This document shows positions 42,899 to 56,289 of a DNA stretch of 64,000 nucleotides, in pieces. The first letter of the stretch is position 1, and every line of letters begins with the position of its first letter. Both the position numbers and the translations under genes were made by a program. Origin of the DNA: Octopus vulgaris (lineage: Eukaryota). The DNA lies in contig OX597835.1 of the NCBI GenBank assembly GCA_951406725.2, forward strand, positions 4,216,001 to 4,280,000. The letters are read 5' to 3'. The notes under the pieces were generated by a model. It had not been told where the DNA came from, made no database searches, and saw only the letters and a list, made by a program, of their open reading frames with translations.

Positions 42899-44813
42899 CC
42901 TACCTACCTACCTACATACCTGTGTGTGTGTGTGTTGTGTGTGTATGTATGTGTGTTGTGTGTATTGTTTTTTGAATAAAATAGCAATGCTGGAGTTTAT
43001 GATGTTTAGTGAATCACGTGGTTCGCTGCTTGCTTAAAAGTCGTCTGATATGTAATGCAGTGAATTAGAGCTTCCAGGATACCAGAGAAAGAGTATGATG
43101 TTAGCCCAGTTATCCTTTGAAAAGAATCCAGATAGAAAGAGGTCACAACTGGACGAAAGCCGAAGCAGAAGCACAGAAAAGATAAGACTGGTGAGAATCT
43201 CTTGTGTTCTTCTGCATCAAATAACATCAGGAGTTGTAACAACAACCGTCACAACACACAACATGAATTTGAAATGAAATAAAATTATTGACTTCGTTCA
43301 TATCTACATATTTAGATCTTTCCTAATTTTGATGAAATTATAATCCAAATTAAAGACTATTTTCAGAGAAAACTAAATCGAAATTCATTGAAGAATTCGA
43401 AATGAAAAGAATATTGAATGGGGGGAAACAAAAACTTATACAAAAAAAGTCATCATTCATAAGACAACTACTCTGGCAAAATAACATTAATTTATCGTCT
43501 GTTCCAGTCAATATTTACAGTCTGCTTCTGTGTACAGTTAATTATACATGGAATGATCTGAGATGTGTAATTGTAACGTTCATGTCCATTAAATTAACTC
43601 AAGACGTAAAGTTATGAAGATTTACTTCCTCATATTTGCAGACTGTGGAGTGGTTTTAATAATAAATATTGAACGAGGGCTAATATCTGGTTTTGAAATT
43701 CTCCGTCAAGATTTTCCTGTAGATCTATTGCTATTATTTTCCTTATTATCAAAAGATTTATACTACAAGTTACTGTCATCTCTTATTGAACGAGCTCTTC
43801 AAATGTAAAGTTATATTTAGTATTACACAAAGCATTATGTCTCATCTAAAAGTGAAAGCTGTCTATCCTATATTCGCAACTTTAAAATGAAATAAACGCT
43901 AAAATAACGTTCTGTTCCATATGTTTGATTTTTATGAAATCATAAAAAATACATAAAGTTTGCCCTGACGACACGCTTTTGGCAAGCTGAAGATTTCAAC
44001 TAGTTTATTAATGTTTATAGCCCCAATGGGCTACTGTAGAAATATATTATTGGATGGCGAATGCGCCAAGGTGATATGATTGGATAGGATACGTCGACAC
44101 ATTGTCAAGTTTTAGTCTCCGAGGAATCGCTCGGACGTTAAATCAATTGTCTCGAGTTGAAATAAAGAACTGAAACATATGACTTTGAGCTGTTTAGCGA
44201 CTCAGTGACAAATATGGAGAAAGAGGCTATCAATTGCTCCGACACTATTCTACTCTAAAATAACATATGTCTCTGTAATTATTCTTTACTTATTGCTGTG
44301 TCAGTAACAACGCTTTCCTACTCACAGCGAGATTTCAACATTTTCTAATCTGTAATCAAGTTAATTCTCTCTTTAATGGCTGTTTTTTGCTGTCGATTCT
44401 TCAGTCGATTTTTTGGTAGTTTTTGTCTGCAGTTTTATGCTAATGGCTGCTATCTGGTTTTTACTCTCAATGGTTGTGACTTTGATAGATCGGTTAGTTA
44501 AGCCTGGTGAGAGCAAACATTAAATTTGAAATGCGAAGATACATACGCCATCACCTTACAGGATAAAATAAGTAAATAAGAAAATAGAAAGAACAGTTTC
44601 TTCTCGTTATTTTATATCTATTTTATTGAGTTTGTTTTACAGGACTTTGTTCTCTTTGCATCAAGTAAACGAATCGACTTTCTTTTAAACAATTTTTACT
44701 CCAATTTATGTAGTTAACATGTGACATTGCTACCGAGTTGCGTCGGTCGGTACTAGGTTAAGGAGAAAGTAAGACAGATGGAAATTTAACCATGAGTTCC
44801 ATTACACACACAT

Positions 44814-44853
<40 letters not shown>

Positions 44854-45246
44854 CGATCCAGTTAGGAATTGCTTGTGCTGCGAGCTGCATGCACCTTGGT
44901 CAGGTTTTGGTCATTCACTGTTTTTTCACCAATTTTTCCGGGGTAATCAAAGACCACTAACCGTTGGGCCATTTCCGCTTTATAAACAAGACAAGCTATT
45001 TCATCATTTTTCACTCAGAAAATGTAAATAACACGGGAACTAACGGGCTAATTGTTTTTCTTCGAACGAAACTCTCATTTTGCCAGACTGAAATAACAAA
45101 ACTCATTTAAGCCGAACGAGAAATCAATTCGCCGTATTTTACCTTCCACTAATTTCTTATTTCGTGTTTGCTATTTTCCTTTCTACCCCAGTGACATTAT
45201 CTACTCACACCTCACGTGACACTCAAGACGGCAACACTCATACAGC

Positions 45247-45337
<91 letters not shown>

Positions 45338-45399
45338 GCACGCACACACACACACACAAACACACGCATATTCTCTCTCTCTTTCTCAATCACACCATG

Positions 45400-45438
<39 letters not shown>

Positions 45439-45455
45439 CGATAACCGGTGATTGT

Positions 45456-45500
45456 CATACGCTGATGACGGCTCAATACCCAGAAACTCGTGTCCGTGTG
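45456..45500 (+). ncRNA. Type I hammerhead motif within a TA-adjacent insert (about 45439-45612)
   Basis: CATACG-CTGATGA-cggctcaataccca-GAAAC-TCGT-GTC-CGTGTG. Six-bp stem I with one G-U pair, canonical core, weak stem II. Confidence 0.68.
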
Positions 45501-46380
45501 TATCATGTCAGTTTGAAGATGGAATGGATGGTTTCCCTTTGCAAATACTGATGGGGTACAGAAAGTGTGTCAATAGCCAGCTGGGGGAGTTGTCCTCCAG
45601 GGGCTACTACTTATAGCGCAGGAGGGGCTGTTTGGTAAGTAGCTTGCTCATGAACCACATGGTTCCGGGTTCAGTCCCACTGCGTAGCACCAAAATAGTA
45701 AACACGGTTCACGAAACTTCCTAAACCACTCCGTGTTTCCCTGGAACCCCTCTCAAGATACCACCCCAATCATCAGGCCCTTATATAACTTTATCAAAAT
45801 ATGTGTAAAGTCTATTTTGTTCTATGAATCTGCCAATAATTTTCGAATTTCGAGTTTTGAGTTCTCTGAGATATGATAATAGTAATTAGAGCGTATGAAG
45901 AATGGAGCTAAATTCTGTCTCTAAGAAGCCAAGTTTTTGTATGCAAGCGCAGCCAACGTCTGCGTTTCTTTTTTCGAAATTATACAAGAGCGTGTATGCT
46001 TGTGATAGTAAGAAGATTCTTAGAATCGTAGACTAGAATAATTCCATAGATTTATTCTTGGATTTCAGGTGGCACTGAGAAAATTCTAGATTCTTCAGGT
46101 AGAGGAGGTCAATACGATTACTGACATCCATACACACAATAGATGTCGCTGTTTGTGATAATCTCGGAACAGCAACCTTTTATGTAATTATATCGGGCTG
46201 ATAACACTAAGCAGAGGTTATAATACCTTAAACGAGTTTGAGCCCCAATACTTATGTCCCTACGGTTATAGAAAGTTTGGTACTCGTGTCCATATCAGAT
46301 AAAAATATAAATTCAAAATGGAACGAGTACCAATGTTCTCTTACGCACTAATTACTATTATCATATCTCAGAGAAGTATA

Positions 46381-46533
46381 GGCGCAGGAGTGGCTGTGTG
46401 GTAAGTTGCTTGCTTACCAACCACATGGTTCCGGGTTCCTTGGGCAAGTGTCTTCTACTTTAGCCTCGGGCCAACCAAAGCCTTGTGAGTGGATTTGGTA
46501 GACGGAAACTGAGAGAAGCCCGTCGTATATATG

Positions 46534-46576
<43 letters not shown>

Positions 46577-46874
46577 ATGTATATATGTATGTGTATGTGT
46601 ATGTTTGTGTGTCTGTATTTGTCCACCCAGGTGGCTCATAAAAAGCACCATTTGAGCGTGACCGTTGCCAGTCCCCGCCTGACTGGCCCACGTAAAAGCA
46701 CCCAGTACACTCTCGAAGTGGTTGGCGTTAGGAAGGGCATCCAGCTGCAGAAACTCTGCCAGATCAGACTGGAGTCTGGTGCAGCCATCTGGTTCACCAG
46801 ACATCAGTCAAATCGTCCAACCCATGCTAGCATGGAAAGCGGACGTTAAACGATGATGATGATGATGATGATGA
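46381..46874 (+). mobile_element. SINE family B head with an alternative 3' tail ending in (GAT)n
   Basis: Family B head and internal microsatellite, then GTGGTTGGCGTTAGGAAGGGCATCCAGC...CCAACCCATGCTAGCATGGAAAGCGGACGTTAAACGATGATG. Confidence 0.85.
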
Positions 46875-47479
46875 CACACACACATACATGCGCACATATG
46901 CATACATGCAACACACTCACACACCCACAACCCGCCCCCAAACACACGCAATAGTATGTAATAAAAAGAACCAGAGACAAAGAAAAGGTATAAAAATCAA
47001 TTTACTTGGGAGTATTTTGTCCGAAATGGTGTTCCGTAGATTCAGCCGGTCTCGAAGCCAGCATTAATGGTGAGACGTCACTTAGCGCAGTCCATTCACC
47101 ATCGGCAGAATGGTGTTGCGACTGACACTTAGTGAACAGCGATTGATGGAATGCTTAATCAAACTGACAAATTACCTCTTCACTCCTAAATCATGGCTTT
47201 CCCAGAGAAACCGAGCTGATAATCATATTAAAACGACTGCAGCAATGTTTTCGCTCAACTCAATTTTGGCGCGGAGATTAAGTAGCTGTGGTCGCCAGTG
47301 AAACAGGACAATTGATGGCGGAGCAGCAGCAGCAGAGGCAGCAGCAGCAGAGGCAGCAGCAGCAGCATCAGTAGCAGCAGCAGAGATGGGGGCAGTGGAA
47401 GGGCGGTGGTGGTGATGTTGATGTTTCACACAACGGTAGCAGTGTCAGGACAGAGTAGAAGTGGAGATAATAGTAGTAC

Positions 47480-47847
47480 AGAGGGAGAAGAGGGGAGAGG
47501 AGAGGAGAGAGAGAGGGAGAGGAGAGGAGAGGAGAGAGAGAGGGAGAGGAGAGGAGAGAGAGGGGGGAGGAGGGGAGAGGAGAGAGAGAGGAGAGGAGAG
47601 AGAGAGGAGAGGAGAGAGAGAGGAGAGGAGAGAGAGAGGGAGAGGAGAGGAGAGGAGAGGAGAGGAGAGAGAGAGAGAGGGAGAGAGAGAGGAGAGGAGA
47701 GAGAGAGAGAGAGAGAGAGGGGGAGGAGGGAGGGAGAGGGAGAGAGAGAGGAGAGGAGAGAGGAGAGGAGAGAGGAGAGGAGAGAGAGAGGAGAGGAGAG
47801 GGAGAGAGGAGAGGGAGAGAGGAGAGGGAGAGAGAGAGAGAGAGAGG

Positions 47848-47931
<84 letters not shown>

Positions 47932-48108
47932 GAGAGAGAGAGGAGAGAGAGAGAGGAGAGGAGAGGAGAGGAGAGGAGAGGAGAGGAGAGGAGAGGAGAG
48001 AGAGAGGGAGAGGAGAGGAGAGGAGAGAGAGGGAGAGGAGAGAGAGAGGAGAGGAGAGAGAGAGGAGAGGAGAGAGAGGGAGAGAGAGAGAGAGAGAGAG
48101 GAAAGAGA

Positions 48109-48152
<44 letters not shown>
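47480..48152. repeat. Homopurine (GA/GGAGA) tract of about 670 bp
   Basis: Purines only on the + strand. Confidence 0.97.
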
Positions 48153-48155
<3 letters not shown>

Positions 48156-48384
48156 AATGATAGAAACCGTAAATGGAAATCGAAGAACGGTGACGACTGT
48201 GATGAAAGATGCGTTGACACTGCGGCAACAACAGTTGGATAATAATAATTTGCAGCCGGTTATCCAATGTTTCATTTTTTTTATTATGCCATCTGATTTG
48301 AAGATGATTTGGCTGCTATTTCCAGAAGATCTATTGTCCGCATAAGTTTGCAGTGATGATGATAGTATTGTTGTTGCCCTTGGT

Positions 48385-48545
48385 TACTCTTTACTCGTTT
48401 ACTCTTTTACTCTTGCTTCAGTGATTTGACTGTAGCCATGCTGGAGCACCGCATTTAGTCGAGCAAATCGACCCCAGAGCTTATTCTTTGTAAGCCTAGT
48501 ACTTATTCTATCGGTCTAAGTTATGGGGACGTAAACACACCAAGT
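48385..48545 (-). mobile_element. SINE family B, 3' half
   Basis: Reverse complement of ACCGATAGAATAAGTACTAGGC...GCTCCAGCATGGC plus tail. Confidence 0.82.
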
Positions 48546-48593
48546 TCGACAACAACAATAACAACAACAGCAACAGAATTAACAATATATTAA

Positions 48594-48825
48594 GGCGGCG
48601 GGCTGGCAGAAACGTTAGCACACCGGGCGAAATGCTTTGTGGTATTTCGTCTGCCGCTACGTTCCGAGTTCAAATTCCGCCGATGTCGACTTTACCTTTC
48701 ATCCTTCCGGGGTCGATTAAATAAGTACCAGTTATGCACTGGGGTCGATATAATCGACTTAATACCTTTGTTTCTCCTTGTTTGTCCCCTCTACATTTGG
48801 CCCCTTGTGGGCAATAAAGAAATAA
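48594..48825 (+). mobile_element. SINE family C, full length
   Basis: GGCGGCGGGCTGGCAGAAACGTTAGC...GCCCCTTGTGGGCAATAAAGAAATA. Confidence 0.9.
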
Positions 48826-49779
48826 TAATTAACAGTATGTAACTATTGCATCCTGTTCTATGGAACAACATTGAATGTGTTTGCAGAATATTCCACAAGT
48901 ATTCGTTATTTTAAAAGTAGGGGTTGGAGGAACCTTCCGGTTCCTGTGAGAGTTTGCTACGACTGTGAGGGCAATCTTTCCTAGTGGTCAATATTGTAAA
49001 GGCGGACATTTGGGGCGGGGGGCAGGGAGCCGCTAACGATGTGGGAACGTTTTCCGCCCTAAACTTCACAAAATCGACATTGTCGACGACTGCGAGATTT
49101 GTAGACCTCCTGATCAATTATATCTTAGTTATCTCCTGTTGCTGAATAGAGAAAACCTTTCGTTTTTCTTGATGATTTACGATGTCACTATTCTATGTCA
49201 AGAAGTAGCTAACGTTTCTATCAGTGTGGTTCCTATCCTCCGGTTTCCCGGATATGTCGCTTTGTATAACTTTCTACTGACACGGCAAGAATTCCTCTTG
49301 AAATTAGTTCTTACAACTACATCTTGGGACACACTTCGCCAACCCTTAAGATGTTATTTTCACCAAAAATATACACATGGTGGATTCATTTCTCCACTGA
49401 CTGTTTGTTCAGTAGGGAGTGTCTACGTGATATAACGCGGCACTCAACCAACATTCCCTCTTGCCTTACGCGCTTCTATCTCTGCCGCTCCCCGCCGTTT
49501 CACATAAATCCCGTCGGTGTCAGTGTTGATGGGAGACTTTGCAGTGGTGGCTAGTTTATATGCGTGGCATGGCCTATATATTTATCTGCTTGTGAGTAAC
49601 TATGTTTGCAGGTATGTACATGCGGATATACATACATACATACATACATACGTACGTACATACATACATACATACATACATACATACATACATACACACA
49701 CACACGTATATGAATGCATATAAATATGTATATATATATACTTATATATGTATAATATGTATGTATATATATGTATGAA

Positions 49780-49832
<53 letters not shown>

Positions 49833-49960
49833 TACATGCATATTATAACATATATAAGTATGTATATATATATATACATATATATACATGCATATTATAT
49901 GTATATATATATATAAATATATAGATATAGATATATATACATACATATATATACATACAC

Positions 49961-50041
<81 letters not shown>

Positions 50042-50267
50042 TTCCTATACGTATGTATGTGTGTTTATTATGTATGTACGTACGTACGTGCGTGTGTATG
50101 TACGTTAGGCGACACACGGCGAAAAATTTTAAATGTTAAGTATTGTTTTATTTCCTCTCCAAAGATCCTTTAAATACATTTATCCTTTCACGATTCACAC
50201 AAATCTTAAACGTTTCAAGGCTGCTAATTTATGTACGCTCTTAGAAGAAAAGTATGCCTGTGTGTGT

Positions 50268-50393
<126 letters not shown>

Positions 50394-50423
50394 GTATATA
50401 TATACATATATATATATACATAC

Positions 50424-50456
<33 letters not shown>

Positions 50457-50526
50457 CTTAATTATATATATATATATAAACAGAGAGAGAGAAAGTGAGA
50501 GATGGAGATAGATAAATAGATTGATG

Positions 50527-50563
<37 letters not shown>

Positions 50564-50601
50564 AGAAGAAGAAGAAGAAGAAGAAGAAGAAGAAGAAGAA
50601 G

Positions 50602-50633
<32 letters not shown>

Positions 50634-50839
50634 TTTCTTAGAGCCAATGGATGTACGGCAATGTAAACTTGTATATATTCGTCAGCGGTTATGGCTGTCT
50701 CCTGTCAAATAAAACAAGGATTTACAAAAGCATTAAGTTTTTATTTGATGACTTGATGCACATTTTTAGGCGAAATATGCGCATGCGCGCGCGTGTGTGT
50801 ATGTTAGTGTGTGTGAATGGATATTTACACATATAAATG

Positions 50840-50901
<62 letters not shown>

Positions 50902-50965
50902 AGATACAAATATACACACGCAGAGAGAGAGAGAGAGAAGGGAGATACAAATATACACACGCAGC

Positions 50966-50997
<32 letters not shown>

Positions 50998-52140
50998 ATA
51001 ATGCGTGTTTTTAATGTACGTAAATATGTTATATGTATACCTATGCGTGTGTGTGGCCCTCATAGTTTTTTTATCGTTTAGGGTACGAGGTATGTAAATA
51101 CATTCACACACACGCACACACACACACACTCATATATGCATACTCACACACACGCATACGCACACGCACATGCGAATGTGCAGGGTTCGTATTTCAGTTC
51201 GCGAGAATGTAAAGTGTTTGTGGGTGCTACACACTATAAATAAGAATATATATCAAAACTCACGTTTGTGTACGAATATTTAGTAAACATATGGACGTTT
51301 GCGCATGTGCGCACACATATCAATGCACGCGCATACACACAGACACAGACACACAGACACAAACACACACACACACGCTATATACATACGTTCATTGTAC
51401 AAATATATAATATATATATATATATACACATTCAAATATATATATATGTGTATATATATTTATATATAGCTTTGTCGAAAGGAAGCTATTAAGTCGTTTG
51501 TCTTCCTCAAAGGCAGCCATTATGGAATGTATATGTGGAATGTGAGCAGAGTCTTTAATTATGTATCACTACTCTAAACTACACATTTTACATTTCACGT
51601 TACCATAGTGATATATTTATATCAATGGGAAACATGGCTGTTGGTTTACTGTTTGGAAGTAGCCCTTATTTAACCCTAGGTCATTTCTGTCCGCCAGATC
51701 TGTTATTAAAAACATTATAGCAAAGATAATCCCTTATTGCCATATCCCTGAGAGCAAATTTGGTTACTGTTTCTAGCAGATAAATATACTACGTAGCAAG
51801 GATTGTGAAATTCTTTGATAAGTGAAGCGTATCTTAAAGGCCTTGGGTCTGTTGAAAAGAAAACTGAGCTTCAGATCCCATAGATTCATAAATATGTATT
51901 TTAAAGTCGGTGGGTGACCGGCGTTAGTTTTGCTGCACTTTCCCAACATGAAACCTTCTCTAATATGTGGCATTCGATGAATGAAAGAATTTTGATTCTG
52001 CTGTCCTCGTTTGCGTCTTCTACCGCGAGGTTGCTTCATCCGGAACTGTTGAAAGCAGGAGGTCCAGTTTTGTTTCGAAGACACCTACATCCACTCCGTT
52101 TTTGGAGGATATTGAGGAGCTGTGAGTCCTTGAAGCCTGA

Positions 52141-52357
52141 GCGGCGAGCTGGCAGAAACGTTAGCACGCCGGGCGAAATGTCTAGCGGTATTTCGTCTGT
52201 CTTTACGTTCTGAGTTCAAAACCCGCCTTCCATCCTTTCGGGGTCGATAAATTAAGTACCAGTTGCGCACTGGGGTCGATGTAATCGACTTAATCTGTTT
52301 GTCTGTCCTTGATTGTCCCCTCTGTGTTTAGCCCCTTGTGGGTAGTAAAAAAATAGG
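52141..52357 (+). mobile_element. SINE family C
   Basis: Same family with a small internal deletion. Confidence 0.88.
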
Positions 52358-52604
52358 TTTTTTTTCCGGTAAATTGATGGCAATGTTGGGCTCTTTGGCA
52401 CCATGCAGTGACGCCCTGTTCTGCCGTTTGTGTAAGATTCAATGCCAAGATTTTCCGAATGTATATCACTGCGTATCTTTCCTGTCTTCGTTCAAGGCAG
52501 TAGAGGCATAGCTTTTTTCAGCTTTTCTCAGTAGATGGCCTGCCGCATTGCGGCTATCTTTTGTGTGTAGCTTAGCTGGATTACTTTGAGTTCCATCGAT
52601 ACGC

Positions 52605-52644
<40 letters not shown>

Positions 52645-52987
52645 GATATATATAAATTATTGAAGCTGAATTTTTATATCGTGATTCGATTTTCCCGCTA
52701 CAGCGATATGTAGACGAAAACTCTCGCCTAAAGATCGCAGTGAAACTCGATTCCCGAGATGAGATTCCAGTCTCAGTAACCATAAGCTCTTCAACATGTA
52801 TTGAGCACTACTTTCTCGTTTGTTTGTCAAAGTTCGTGTATATGTAGGGTGTGTGTGTGTGTGTATATATAAATATATATAGACGCAGGAGTGGCTGTGT
52901 GGTAAGTAGCTTGCTTCCCAACCACATAGTCCTAGATTCAGTCCCACTGCGTGGCGCCTTGGGCAAGTGTCTTCTACTATAGCCTCG

Positions 52988-53543
52988 GGCCTAGCACAAA
53001 AAACGAATTAGTCATTACACTATATATTATCCATATAGAAATACAATAAGAGGCTTCCAAATAGAAAAGCGTTGTGCTAGAAAGAGCAGTAGAAATCTCG
53101 AAAACCACAAAAAGGATAAATTCTCGAAAGGAATGAAAATTAAAAACGTTTACCATCTCAACTATTTCCCAGACCGACGGTTTCTAACTATTTCCAGCAA
53201 AAAAATATTCGCTGAAGGCCAGTTTTCATCAGTGGGATAGACTTTAGATTTCAGACATACAGACCGCCAGATCCACATGTAGAACTAACGGTTTGTATAT
53301 CCTAACTTTTCAAACCACTGCGCAGACGTAGATTATACCCGGCGACAGAGAGGATGCCGGTAAAGATTTCGAACAAATTTATCAAACAATATTTAAACAT
53401 AATACATAGGGTAATAATAAATCATTACTACCAGTGGCCTAGCACAAAAAAACGAATTAGTCATATAGAAATACAATAAGGGGCTTCCAAATAGGAAAGC
53501 GTTGTGCTAGAAAGAGAAGTAGAAATCTCAAAAACCACAAAAG
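52988..53543 (-). mobile_element. Hammerhead-bearing partial-tandem element, unit about 448 bp, terminal direct repeats about 110-125 bp
   Basis: GGCCTAGCACAAAAAA...GAAAACCACAAAA at 52988-53112 and 53436-53543; hammerhead between them. Confidence 0.8.
53167..53237 (-). ncRNA. Type I hammerhead ribozyme
   Basis: Minus strand TCCCA-CTGATGA-a-AACT..CAGC..GCTG..AGTT-a-GAAA-CCGtCGG-TC-TGGGA. All three stems pair, core canonical, GUC site. Confidence 0.85.
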
Positions 53544-54004
53544 AGACCGATAGAATAAGTACTAGGCTTTCAAAGAATAAGTCCTGGGGTCGATTTATTC
53601 GACTAAATGCCTGCTCCACCATGGCTGTAGTCAAATGATTGAAACGAGTAAAAGGATAAAAGAATAAAAGAATAAAAGAATATATATATATGATATTTAA
53701 ATAATTTTTTATTTACTACTCTACGGTCCCACATCATGGACTTACATTTACATAACAAATATCAATAATTTCATGGAAATGAAATCTAAAATGAATTTTT
53801 GAAATGAAGGCAAATAGAATTTCTGTTATTGCGTGTTGAAGAATAGGTACTGGACGGTGAAAAACAAATCAATCAATAAATAAAACTAAAAGAAAAAATT
53901 GAAAGATGGAGGAAACCTGGGAAATACAACGCAAACACAAAATAGGAAAGAAGAATGAAGAATATGCAATACATTCATAGATATACACATACAGACACAC
54001 ACAG

Positions 54005-54035
<31 letters not shown>

Positions 54036-54113
54036 TGTATGTATGTATGTATGTATGTATGTATGTATGTATGTATGTGTTTATGTGTGTATGTATGTAT
54101 GTATGTATGTATG

Positions 54114-54192
<79 letters not shown>

Positions 54193-54487
54193 ATATATAA
54201 ATCAATGTGCCATGGAAGATATCACGGCAGCAATTTACGATGTCGAGCTTTCAGCTAAAAAAGCATTTTGGCAATTTAAAAGTATTTATTGATAACTTGT
54301 GTTAATTACTCCAAGTGCCGTATATCTTAAGTCTCTTCAACTGACAGCCCCGATCAATAACATGTGCGAACACTTAGCAGGCAGGTTCGCACGGGGCGCT
54401 TAACACCGGACATACACGCATGCATATACGTATCTATGTACATATATGTGTGCGTGTATGTATATATGCATATGTATATATATATAT

Positions 54488-54744
54488 AATGATAAATCTC
54501 AGAGCGAGTTATAAACAGTAGCGGTAACACATCGTGACGCATATTTGCCATTTGAATATGGCTAACCCCTTAAGGGTGGATGCTACTGTAGTTTGTAGCC
54601 CCAGGAAGATATCCCCTTCACAAATACTGAGAGGACACAGATAGTGTGTCTATAGCCAGCTGGAGGAGATATCTTCCTGGGGCTACAAACTACAGTAGCA
54701 TCCACCCTTAAGGGGTTAGCCATATTCAAATGGCAAATATGCGT
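54488..54744. mobile_element. Fold-back insert in (TA)n, related to the 45439-45612 element
   Basis: Perfect 77-bp inverted repeat 54537-54613 / 54668-54744. The loop CAAATACTGA...AGTGTGTC.ATAGCCAGCTGG matches 45542-45584. Confidence 0.85.
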
Positions 54745-54751
54745 ATATATA

Positions 54752-54786
<35 letters not shown>

Positions 54787-54964
54787 CTATACACACACAT
54801 ATATATGTATGTATGTATGTATTAATGTATCTAAATGCGTATATATAGGAGTGTGGAGGTGTATATAGGCCGAGGTGTGTCTGTGTGTGGATTGAAGAAG
54901 TTTCGGTGTGAAAGGGAGCTCCTCAGTAAGGTGTCTTGCATACATATTACATTCTTGTTTTAAT

Positions 54965-55592
54965 AATGGTTTCAATATTTGGCACAAGGCCAGCAATTTC
55001 GGGGTCGGGATTAAGTCGTCTACATCGACGTCAGTGTTCAACTGGTATTTATTTAATCGACCCCGAGGGGATAAAAGGCAAAGTCGATCTCGGTGGAATT
55101 TGAATTCAGAGCGTAAAGATGGACTAAATGCTGTTAAGCATTTTGTCCGGCGTGCTATCGATTCTGCCAGCTCGCTGCCTTTATTCTTGCTTAATAATCC
55201 TTTCCACTATAAAGACAAGGTCTGAAATTTAGGAGTTGGGGACCAGTCAATTACATCGACCCCAGTGTTTCATTGGTACTTGATCTATCGACCCTGAAAG
55301 GATGAAAAGCAAAGTCGACCTCGATGGAACTTGAACTCAGAACGTAGCGACGGGCGAAATACCTATTTCGTTACTACCCACAAGGGGCTAAACACAGAGA
55401 GGACAAACAAGGACAGACAAACGGATTAAGTCGTTTATATCGATCCCATTGCGTAACTGGTACTTATTTAATCGACCCCGAAAGGATGAAAGGCAAAGTC
55501 AACCTCGGCGGAATTTGAACTCAGAACGTATCGGCAGACAAAATACCGCTAAGCATTTCGCCCGGCGTGCTAACGTTTCTGCCAGCTTGCCA
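54965..55592 (-). mobile_element. Cluster of SINE family C copies, including a head-truncated unit joined at about 55360
   Basis: Repeated ATCGACCC.GA.AGGATGAAA.GCAAAGTC...TTTGAACTCAGAACGTA. Confidence 0.85.
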
Positions 55593-55652
55593 CCTATTCT
55601 TGTTTAATGATAAAAGCAAATATGAATACATACAGATGTACATATTTTTGTG

Positions 55653-55725
<73 letters not shown>

Positions 55726-56055
55726 ACAGATATTTGTATGTATTACTAACATACACAAACGCACATAGACATACAGACAATTACACTAACCCGGACACAG
55801 GTACACGTCTCATTTTGCATTTGCTGTCCTGAAAAGCTCATTATCCACCTCATTCAACATCTGGTCAGTCAACGACCACTATGTAGACTATCCCGTGTGG
55901 CTTTTAGCCGAAATTGCAAATTTTTCTCCCCTCTTTCTTCGTCCAATGTTTTCCCCCTCCTCTTCCTTCCCACTCTCCACCCTCTACTCCAACGAAGTCA
56001 TATATGGAATGTCATAATTAATTCAATTCACTTCTCTGAGCGTCAAGCTAATATC

Positions 56056-56283
56056 TATTTCTTTACTACCCACAAGGGGCTAAACACAGAGAAGACAAAT
56101 AAGGACAGGCAAACGGATTAAGTCGATTACATCGACCCCCAGTGCGTAACTGGTACTTAATTTATCGACCCCGAAAGGATGAAAAGCAAAGTCGACCTCG
56201 GCGGAATTCGAACTCAGAACGTAGCGGCAGACGAAATACCAACAAGCATTTCGTCCGGCGTGCTAACGTCTCTGCCAGCTCAT
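56056..56283 (-). mobile_element. SINE family C, full length
   Basis: Reverse complement of 48594-48825. Confidence 0.9.
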
Positions 56284-56289
56284 CGTGAT

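Larger units (their letters stand above)
52883..53680 (+). mobile_element. SINE family B split into 52883-52990 and 53543-53680 by an insertion
   Basis: The head ends at AGCCTCGGGC and the 3' part resumes at GAGACCGATAGAATAAG; the SINE middle is missing. Confidence 0.82.

Noticed and set aside
43090-44520. Possible very old hAT-type transposase remnant (KKSSFIRQLLWQNNI, LSSLIERAL)
   Set aside because: Similarity is too faint to support without a translated database search.
47406-48345. ORFs of 264-294 aa rich in E/R/G or L/S/P
   Set aside because: GA-rich purine tract open in several frames on both strands.
52708-52797. Minus-strand TTGAAGA-GCTTA...TAGGC-GAGA...GTC hammerhead-like pattern
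   Set aside because: Two core mismatches and weak stems I and III; at best a decayed relic.
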